Shown here: in pieces, positions 60,901 through 64,000 of the stretch
Position numbering within the stretch: the first letter of the stretch is position 1
Layout: each line of letters begins with the position of its first letter
Notes under the pieces: generated by a model
What the model was told of the DNA's origin: nothing
What the model saw: only the letters and a program-made list of their open reading frames with translations
Databases searched by the model: none
Translations under genes and position numbers: made by a program
Origin: Leucoraja ocellata
Lineage: Eukaryota
NCBI GenBank assembly: GCA_036785375.1
Contig: JAWMAR010000023.1
Coordinates: forward strand, 7,502,001 to 7,566,000
DNA: 64,000 nucleotides
Direction of reading: 5' to 3'

Positions 60901-62579
60901 GGACAACAAGCCACTTAGTTCAAGTGTAATTTGTATGGGCAATAAATGCTTGTCTTCGCCAGCAATGCCTGCAGATCATTAACAATATTTTTGCATAATA
61001 TTTAAAATGTAACAAATGTTAAAAGAGACCGTTTTAATAATGTGTGCTCTAAAAATAGATTGCCAATCAAAAACAGACAGCCAAATGGGAAAAAAAATCC
61101 AGAACTAGATTTCTTATATCTCTATGTGCCTTCAAATCATATATATCAGAACAACTGCAGTCTTCCTTGGAGTTAATGTCATCACATGGTCATTTGATGA
61201 TTTAATTAGTTTTATACCAGACACTGAAAATTTACATCTCTCTTATTGCAAATAAAAACGTGATTGTGCAGTGGCGTTTTTGAAGCTGGGGTCAGAGCCA
61301 AGCCATGCCTGAACTGAGGGAGGCTGGTGTGACTGTGTTCTACATGTAATTGCGGCTGTGCTCATCGTCTGCATTGTAGTTAGAACATTGCACGAAAGAA
61401 TGGGAGCTACAACTTGGCAAAATGAGCAACTATGTTACGGACGATTAAGATGACTCACTCGTGTGGACATGACGACATTTGTACTTCAACAGGGAGGGTT
61501 ATTTCATAGTTTTGACTCAGACTCTTTGTTGAAATACACACTTAACTATAGCAACTGTGAGTAAGCATTTTTATATCTGCCCTGCAAGTGCTTTAGTGGG
61601 CATTGTTCGGAGAGCCTGACTCTGTGTACAGCGGCTGCTTAGCCCACCATGGTAATATTTCAACTTCCAAACACATGTTTTTGATGTTTATACAATACGT
61701 GACGACGCCAGACATTTATAGCATCAACAATAGTCTGGACATTGTCTCATGCCGTTACTGGGATACTTGCTGCTCCTTCATTCACATACAACATGGACGT
61801 GTACAGCAGAGGAGCAGGCCCTTCAGCCCACAATGTTTGTGCTGAACATGATGCCAAGATTAACTAATTTCATCTGCCTGCGCATGATCCATATTCTCTC
61901 CATTCGTCACTACCAAATCTGCCTAATCTGCTCCAGCACTTTGCTTTTCCTAAGTTTAGTTACTCTTACATAGAATATAATCTCCAAAACTTGCCTACAT
62001 GTGTTTAATACCCCTCCATTCCCTGCATATCCATGTACCTCTTAAATGCTATCGTATCTGCTTCCACCACCACCCTTGCAGCGGGTGCCACGTGTCCTCC
62101 ACTCTCTGTGCTTCAAAAAAAGACTTGCCCCGGACATCTCCTTTAAACAGTGTCCCACTTACCGAATCACTATGCCCTCTAGTCTTTGGCATTTCCATCC
62201 AGGGAGAAAGGCTCTGACTATATACCCTTAGGTAGGGAATTCCAGGACTTTGACCAAGTACTGTGTGGAAATTCTCATCACCAACTCGGGAAGCCTAATT
62301 AATTTGACCTTGCAGATTCCCAGACTGCAACTAATGTGTACCTGATTAAAAGTGTTCAACGCTCTTATTACACCAGTTAATGAATATTCATTTTCTTTGT
62401 TTCCTGTTTCCAGAGAGCACAAGCAGCCAGGAAGATCAGCTCTGCACGGCTTTGGTCAACCAACTGAATAAATTTGCCGACAAAGAAACACTGATTCAGT
62501 TTTTACGTTGCTTTCTGTTGGAATCAAATTCCTCATCTGTTCGTTGGCAGGCGCACTGTCTCACTCTACATATATATCG
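771..62579 (+). CDS. UBR4: UBR4 (E3 ubiquitin-protein ligase UBR4/p600), internal part of a multi-exon gene; 47 coding exons traced
   Basis: Spliced exon translations are colinear with recalled vertebrate UBR4 (UBR box [25 protein letters not shown]; [29 protein letters not shown]; FPIDFFEH; [16 protein letters not shown]). All introns GT-AG; phases chain except at exon 14447-14509. Confidence 0.98.
1011..1310 (-). mobile_element. HE1/V-SINE-type tRNA-derived SINE
   Basis: Reverse complement of the SINE at 8258-8530 (ccaattaacc V-domain motif, gggaggaaa..ggagcacc). Confidence 0.7.
1777..2101. mobile_element. MITE / non-autonomous DNA transposon (possibly PIF/Harbinger-like)
   Basis: TIRs TGTCCCACTGTACGAGT (1781-1797) / ACTCGTACAGTGGGACA (2080-2096); central palindrome tttttcaacatgttgaaaaa. 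Confidence 0.75.
2287..2409 (+). CDS. UBR4: UBR4 exon 2
   Basis: ctgcag|GAT..CAG|gtaaga; [24 protein letters not shown]. Confidence 0.95.
3564..3793 (+). CDS. UBR4: UBR4 exon 3
   Basis: tttag|GTC..AG|gtacaa; [46 protein letters not shown]. Confidence 0.92.
3963..4084 (+). CDS. UBR4: UBR4 exon 4
   Basis: gttag|G..G|gtaagg; [33 protein letters not shown]. Confidence 0.93.
4854..4951 (+). CDS. UBR4: UBR4 exon 5
   Basis: tttacag|CT..TGG|gtaggt; [32 protein letters not shown]. Confidence 0.94.
6036..6133 (-). mobile_element. Penelope-like-derived short repeat with hammerhead-like core
   Basis: 15-bp TSD aattgtaaaattgaa (6021-6035 / 6134-6148); minus strand CTGAAGAAGGGTTTTGGCCCGAAACGTTGCC. Confidence 0.7.
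6624..6781 (+). CDS. UBR4: UBR4 exon 6
   Basis: tcacag|CGA..GT|gtacgt; [33 protein letters not shown]. Confidence 0.94.
6966..7118 (+). mobile_element. CR1 3' tail fragment
   Basis: gttagatatagctct..ctggctcgaagggccgaatgacctactc, matches the 8692-9386 tail. Confidence 0.75.
7970..8182 (+). CDS. UBR4: UBR4 exon 7
   Basis: ttccag|G..AG|gtagcg; [47 protein letters not shown]. Confidence 0.93.
8258..8530 (+). mobile_element. HE1/V-SINE-type tRNA-derived SINE
   Basis: A-box-like tggcacagcggtagag, central ggttaattggct, CR1-type tail tgggccgaagggcctgtctccgtgctgtatctctaaa. Confidence 0.8.
8692..9386 (-). mobile_element. CR1-clade LINE 3' fragment (RT C-terminus + tail)
   Basis: ORF 9068-9379: [51 protein letters not shown], typical of CR1 ORF2 C-terminus; tail ggccgaatggcctactcctgcacc(ttctatg)n. 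Confidence 0.9.
10676..10777 (+). CDS. UBR4: UBR4 exon 8
   Basis: ccacag|T..CG|gtaaaa; [33 protein letters not shown]. Confidence 0.94.
11596..11696 (+). CDS. UBR4: UBR4 exon 9
   Basis: ttgcag|T..G|gtaagt; [33 protein letters not shown]. Confidence 0.95.
13135..13333 (+). CDS. UBR4: UBR4 exon 10
   Basis: tttcag|CG..AG|gtactt; [40 protein letters not shown]. Confidence 0.94.
14024..14212 (+). CDS. UBR4: UBR4 exon 11
   Basis: cttcag|C..TG|gtgagt; [44 protein letters not shown]. Confidence 0.95.
14447..14509 (+). CDS. UBR4: UBR4 exon 12 (63 nt; apparent 1-nt deletion)
   Basis: tttcag|T AAG AAA TAT..AAG|gtaagg; reads [12 protein letters not shown], then VGANVTQGK only in a shifted frame; 64 nt are needed to join phase 2 to phase 0. 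Confidence 0.88.
14631..15470 (-). mobile_element. GC/CpG-rich non-autonomous retroelement with (TTGTA)n tail
   Basis: Minus strand ends tgacaaataaa(ttgta)n, preceded by hairpin tttgaacccc-att-ggggttcaaa (14661-14683); composition contrasts sharply with the AT-rich intron. Confidence 0.6.
15546..15737 (+). CDS. UBR4: UBR4 exon 13
   Basis: gtgcag|CAT..TCG|gtgagt; [47 protein letters not shown]. Confidence 0.95.
15849..15919 (+). CDS. UBR4: UBR4 exon 14 (UBR box N-terminal part)
   Basis: ttcaag|GAT..TG|gtgagt; [23 protein letters not shown]. Confidence 0.95.
15951..16110 (-). mobile_element. 160-bp non-autonomous retroposon with ribozyme 5' end and (AAG)n tail
   Basis: Perfect 12-bp TSD attatcttagat at 15939-15950 and 16111-16122; minus strand ends GACTCGATAAGAAGAAG. 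Confidence 0.8.
16059..16110 (-). ncRNA. Minimal HDV-like (CPEB3-like) ribozyme motif
   Basis: Minus strand GGGGUC AA GGAAAGA GCU UUCACGU CGC GGCCCU GU UUUCC CCAA UCUUUCC: P1 6 bp with G1-U wobble, P2 7 bp perfect, P3 2/3, L3 UUCACGU, J4/2 C-C-A-A, no P4. Confidence 0.75.
16547..16694 (+). CDS. UBR4: UBR4 exon 15 (UBR box zinc finger)
   Basis: tttcag|G..CAG|gtatgt; [49 protein letters not shown]. Confidence 0.97.
17297..17921 (+). repeat. About 80-bp direct repeat pair (17297-17376 and 17842-17921)
   Basis: aggggactggttatcatattactg..aaaaggtcgctcacagttgaggggttgtttgttaa present twice. Confidence 0.85.
17610..17765. mobile_element. Fold-back copy of the same repeat family
   Basis: 58-bp arms 17647-17704 / 17705-17762; 12-bp TSD tacgatctagtt. 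Confidence 0.8.
18065..18525. mobile_element. Long copy of the fold-back family with tandem hammerhead-like cores
   Basis: Inverted ends; two minus-strand CTGAAGAAGGGT..GAAAYGTCACC units at 18116-18187. Confidence 0.65.
18676..18909 (+). CDS. UBR4: UBR4 exon 16 (donor at 18906 or 18909)
   Basis: ccacag|GCT..CAG GTG|gtgagt; [35 protein letters not shown]. Confidence 0.9.
20730..20900 (+). CDS. UBR4: UBR4 exon 17
   Basis: acttag|GCT..ATG|gtacgc; [46 protein letters not shown]. Confidence 0.94.
21612..21794 (+). CDS. UBR4: UBR4 exon 18
   Basis: ttacag|GTT..AAG|gtacgt; [39 protein letters not shown]. Confidence 0.97.
22395..22690 (-). mobile_element. Rex1/Babar-like LINE 3' fragment
   Basis: gaggggaagaagctattcctgagtttgatgg motif; same family on + strand at about 41400-41640. 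Confidence 0.5.
22844..23002 (+). CDS. UBR4: UBR4 exon 19
   Basis: ttgcag|ATC..AAG|gtaagt; [35 protein letters not shown]. Confidence 0.97.
23503..23655 (+). CDS. UBR4: UBR4 exon 20
   Basis: cttcag|GAT..AAG|gtaaga; [51 protein letters not shown]. Confidence 0.96.
24122..24657 (-). mobile_element. Degraded CR1 3' fragment
   Basis: caccctctgtgtaaaa, ctcctctgcaccct, gcgcaatactccaaatgtggtct (HLEYC motif, reverse). Confidence 0.7.
25002..25229 (+). CDS. UBR4: UBR4 exon 21
   Basis: tcacag|GTT..AAG|gtttgt; [41 protein letters not shown]. Confidence 0.95.
25740..25897 (+). CDS. UBR4: UBR4 exon 22
   Basis: ttctag|GAT..AG|gtgagt; [41 protein letters not shown]. Confidence 0.95.
25913..25992 (+). 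repeat. Short tandem repeat, about 30-31-bp unit, about 2.5 copies
   Basis: ggactgtcacacagaggctcgtgacacg(t)ggg repeated just after exon 22. Confidence 0.8.
26255..26702 (+). mobile_element. CR1 3' fragment
   Basis: gaatttagaaggatgag..ttcacccagagagttgtgaat..ggcctactcctgcacctattttctatgttctatg. Confidence 0.85.
27557..27847 (-). mobile_element. HE1-type SINE
   Basis: Same family motifs, reverse orientation. Confidence 0.65.
28075..28249 (+). CDS. UBR4: UBR4 exon 23
   Basis: ctctag|T..AAG|gtcagt; [36 protein letters not shown]. Confidence 0.95.
29059..29253. mobile_element. Fold-back copy of the repeat family
   Basis: Inverted arms; TSD tgctaat(t/a)agatgg (29045-29058 / 29254-29267). Confidence 0.8.
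31432..31633 (+). CDS. UBR4: UBR4 exon 24
   Basis: ttccag|ATT..A|gtaagt; [38 protein letters not shown]. Confidence 0.96.
32451..32614 (+). CDS. UBR4: UBR4 exon 25
   Basis: ttacag|CT..AAG|gtacgt; [43 protein letters not shown]. Confidence 0.96.
33990..34206 (+). CDS. UBR4: UBR4 exon 26
   Basis: ttgcag|CCA..G|gtaagt; [50 protein letters not shown]. Confidence 0.96.
35227..35443 (+). CDS. UBR4: UBR4 exon 27
   Basis: ttatag|TT..AG|gtaagc; [36 protein letters not shown]. Confidence 0.95.
37300..37718 (-). mobile_element. RTE/Vingi-type non-autonomous retroposon with (CTA)n tail
   Basis: (gta)n at left end, probable TSD aagtag (37294-37299 / 37719-37724), GC-rich body with RTE-5'UTR-like ttttccctctcctagatggactgcc. 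Confidence 0.55.
38611..38643 (+). CDS. UBR4: UBR4 candidate alternative microexon (33 nt, phase 2-2)
   Basis: Pyrimidine tract ttcttttctgttattccttgaaag|TTGTGAAACTGAATCCCTAAACTCCTTAGACCG|gttagt; adds [11 protein letters not shown] in frame; resembles a recalled SSETESLTKLD-like insert in tetrapod isoforms. Confidence 0.75.
39980..40043 (+). CDS. UBR4: UBR4 exon 28
   Basis: cctcag|G..AAG|gttagc; [21 protein letters not shown]. Confidence 0.93.
40086..40298 (-). mobile_element. CR1 3' tail fragment
   Basis: aggtgcaggagtaggccatt..gccattcaatgtgatcatggctgatc. Confidence 0.75.
40408..40526. mobile_element. Solo TIR fragment of the same Tc1 family
   Basis: Reverse complement of about 50280-50400 (ttgtcccacacattatggagggcac). 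Confidence 0.8.
40603..40737 (+). CDS. UBR4: UBR4 exon 29
   Basis: caacag|GAA..AAG|gtgact; [34 protein letters not shown]. Confidence 0.94.
41181..41355 (+). CDS. UBR4: UBR4 exon 30
   Basis: gttcag|GAT..G|gtgagg; [35 protein letters not shown]. Confidence 0.95.
41641..41945 (-). mobile_element. HE1-type SINE
   Basis: (tttag)n tail, caggcccttcggccc, ccaattaacc, B-box-like gggatcgaacc, reverse orientation. Confidence 0.75.
42530..43740 (+). mobile_element. Degraded CR1 ORF2 internal fragment
   Basis: Broken frames including [27 protein letters not shown] and a KTFDKV-like RT motif. Confidence 0.8.
44136..44276 (+). CDS. UBR4: UBR4 exon 31 (NAGNAG acceptor)
   Basis: ctctag|AAG GA..G|gtaatt; [36 protein letters not shown]. 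Confidence 0.93.
44836..44957 (+). CDS. UBR4: UBR4 exon 32
   Basis: ctctag|GT..CCT|gtaagt; [32 protein letters not shown]. Confidence 0.95.
45220..45331 (+). CDS. UBR4: UBR4 exon 33
   Basis: cctcag|GAC..G|gtaagg; [37 protein letters not shown]. Confidence 0.95.
45910..46040 (+). CDS. UBR4: UBR4 exon 34
   Basis: gtgcag|GT..GTG|gtaagc; [33 protein letters not shown]. Confidence 0.95.
46146..46390. mobile_element. Nested copies of the fold-back family
   Basis: Younger copy (about 46246-46340) with intact minus-strand core inside an older + copy. Confidence 0.65.
47024..47201 (+). CDS. UBR4: UBR4 exon 35
   Basis: ttccag|TCG..G|gtacag; [40 protein letters not shown]. Confidence 0.95.
47828..47932 (+). 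CDS. UBR4: UBR4 exon 36 (105 nt, symmetric, candidate cassette)
   Basis: tactag|GC..G|gtaact; [35 protein letters not shown]. Confidence 0.92.
49291..49643 (+). mobile_element. CR1 3' fragment
   Basis: cttaagggattggacaggctag..gggccgaatggcctacttctgcacctattt. Confidence 0.8.
50035..50172 (+). CDS. UBR4: UBR4 exon 37 (alternative in-frame acceptor at 50017)
   Basis: ttttag|CT..G|gtaagc; [45 protein letters not shown]. Confidence 0.93.
50280..51730 (-). mobile_element. Decayed Tc1/mariner transposon (IR/DR type) with frameshifted transposase
   Basis: Minus-strand fragments [22 protein letters not shown] (HTH), [39 protein letters not shown]; TA then TIR with direct repeat ccataatgtttgggaca at about 50289 and 50484; partial opposite TIR at about 51645-51730. 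Confidence 0.9.
52838..53140 (+). mobile_element. HE1-type SINE
   Basis: tggcgtggcggtagag head, taggttaatt, tail gggccgaagggcctgtttccgcgctgtatctgtaaactaaactaaa. Confidence 0.8.
53904..54072 (+). CDS. UBR4: UBR4 exon 38
   Basis: ctgcag|TA..CG|gtgaga; [40 protein letters not shown]. Confidence 0.95.
54411..54507 (+). CDS. UBR4: UBR4 exon 39
   Basis: atatag|G..CAG|gtgagc; [32 protein letters not shown]. Confidence 0.96.
55367..55474 (+). CDS. UBR4: UBR4 exon 40
   Basis: tgtcag|GTC..AAG|gtaatg; [36 protein letters not shown]. Confidence 0.96.
56095..56387 (-). mobile_element. HE1-type SINE
   Basis: Same family motifs, reverse orientation. Confidence 0.7.
56640..56753 (+). CDS. UBR4: UBR4 exon 41
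   Basis: tgccag|GAT..GAG|gtaagt; [38 protein letters not shown]. Confidence 0.96.
56911..57120 (+). CDS. UBR4: UBR4 exon 42
   Basis: ctgcag|TCG..AAG|gtaaat; [39 protein letters not shown]. Confidence 0.96.
57723..57872 (+). CDS. UBR4: UBR4 exon 43
   Basis: ttccag|GGG..GAA|gtaagc; [38 protein letters not shown]. Confidence 0.96.
57988..58215 (+). CDS. UBR4: UBR4 exon 44
   Basis: tttcag|TAT..CTG|gtgagt; [44 protein letters not shown]. Confidence 0.96.
58336..58760 (-). mobile_element. CR1 3' fragment
   Basis: caccctctgtgtgaaaaggttgcccctc..agatcacccctcagc..ctccaagga, reverse. Confidence 0.7.
58946..59024 (+). CDS. UBR4: UBR4 exon 45
   Basis: tcacag|ATG..T|gtatgt; [26 protein letters not shown]. 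Confidence 0.95.
59370..59556. mobile_element. Partial MITE related to 1777-2101
   Basis: Ends in AGTGGGACAGGCCC and shares ttttcaacatgttga core; left end not seen. Confidence 0.55.
59878..60061. mobile_element. Fold-back copy of the repeat family
   Basis: Inverted arms; 14-bp TSD gaatacacacactt (59864-59877 / 60062-60075). Confidence 0.8.
60250..60486 (+). CDS. UBR4: UBR4 exon 46
   Basis: ccacag|CC..G|gtatgc; [41 protein letters not shown]. Confidence 0.95.
62414..62579 (+). CDS. UBR4: UBR4 exon 47
   Basis: ttccag|AG..CG|gtaaag; [54 protein letters not shown]. Confidence 0.95.
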
Positions 62580-63792
62580 GTAAAGTACTGCTCAGATTCA
62601 GGGTTCAAGCAATACGAATAACTCAGTTACTGTCGCTGTGCAGAAAATATCAAATGTTGCAGAGAAGGAAGGGAGTTTTAGGGAGTTATAGACAAGACGC
62701 TTCAAATTCAATATTAATAAAATAAAGTTGTAATAGACGTTTTCCCTTGTCCCAACAGAAGTCCCATCCTTTCCTGTATTAGCAGGATAAATGTGAACAA
62801 AGGCGGGGTCTAGTGATGACAACCACAGGATCTGTATTGAAGCTTCAATACACAAACGCGTGACTTAAATGATAGATTATTCAAACACTTTAAGCTTGTT
62901 GCAAACACCAGGTTAACATGTAGTGTGCCTGAGCAGAATGTTGCAAAGAACCAGATTATAACCGGCCAAAAATAGCAAGAGACTTGGTGTGTGGAGTGTG
63001 GGCACATAAATCAATCTGTGCATCTGTCAAATATGAACTGTGGGGAAGTACGGAGATTTGGGGATCCATGGAGAAATCACTGAAAGCTAATGGACAGCAC
63101 AAAATAATATAAAATAAGAACATAATGAATCGAAGCCTTTATTTTACGTATTTTACCCTTTATAAGCATGTTTAACCGAGTGTCAGTGGCGAGGTGATGC
63201 ATCAGTTACTGCTGCTGCCTCATTGCTCCAGAAACCTAGGTTAGATCCTGACCCCGCGCTGTCTGGTGAATTTGCACCTCGTTATAATCTGGTTCTTTGC
63301 AACATTGTGGGTGCCCTACTGCTCTGGCTTCATCCAAAAGACATGCTGGTAGTTAATTGCCTGCTGTAGATTACCTCTTAGTGTAGGTCAATGGCCAAAA
63401 GATTCAAAGCAGGCTTGTGTGAGAGGAATAGTTTGCAGGGAAAGAGAAATTGAGCTTTATTATCATACCCCGGAGTCCTAGTGTGGACTCTGAGCTGAAT
63501 GCCCCCCATTCGCGGAATTAAAAGGATAAAGTAAGGTGAAAGAATTGAAGTTACATTGTAAATTCTACTTGGGAGTTATCACACTAAACAGTCTCTTGAG
63601 TTAAGCTCAGCAGCAGTGAGATGGGGTTTAGACAATAGGTGCAGGAGTAGGCCATTCGGCCCTTCGAGCCAGCACCACAATTCACTGTGATCATGCTTAC
63701 TGCCCATGTGAACAGAGAGATTGCCACTATGGGTTGTGACACAGGTAATGATTTTCAGGAGCCGGAGTGATGGTAGACAAGAACATAATGGG

Positions 63793-63975
63793 CACAAAAA
63801 GCTGGAGTAACTCGGGGTCAGACAGCATCTCTGGAGGAAAGGAAAAGGTGACGTTTCGGGTTGAGACCCGAAACGTCACCTATTCCTTTTCTCCAGAGAT
63901 GTTGTCAGAGCCGCTGAGTTACTCCAACTTTTTGTGTCTATCTTCGGTTTAAACCAGCATCCGCAGTTCCATCCT
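63793..63975. mobile_element. Fold-back copy of the repeat family
   Basis: Palindromic centre ggtgacgtttcgggttgagacccgaaacgtcacc with inverted arms. Confidence 0.75.
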
Positions 63976-64000
63976 ACGCAGGAATATTATGAGAACTGGT

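Noticed and set aside
771-62579. U12-type or non-canonical introns
   Set aside because: All traced donors are ordinary GT sites; none has the RTATCCT U12 signature.
771-62579. UBR4 as a pseudogene
   Set aside because: Only one lesion in 47 exons, in a homopolymer, with strong conservation everywhere else.

Overview
This is eukaryotic (vertebrate) genomic DNA, most likely from a cartilaginous fish (skate or ray), judged from HE1-type SINEs and CR1/HER1-type LINE tails. The whole window lies inside one + strand gene, UBR4 (p600, N-recognin E3/E4 ligase). I traced 47 internal GT-AG coding exons from 771 to 62579, from [13 protein letters not shown] through the UBR box to [10 protein letters not shown]; start and stop codons lie outside the window. 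Exon phases chain correctly except for a 1-nt deficit in the exon at 14447-14509. There is also a candidate 33-nt in-frame microexon at 38611-38643. Introns are full of CR1 fragments, HE1 SINEs, a decayed Tc1 transposon, MITEs and a very abundant fold-back repeat carrying minimal hammerhead-ribozyme-like cores. The most striking observation is a 160-bp retroposon (15951-16110, - strand, 12-bp TSD) whose first 52 nt fold into a minimal HDV-like ribozyme with a core nearly identical to the mammalian CPEB3 ribozyme. Protein and repeat identities come from recalled sequences, not database searches, and repeat boundaries are approximate.
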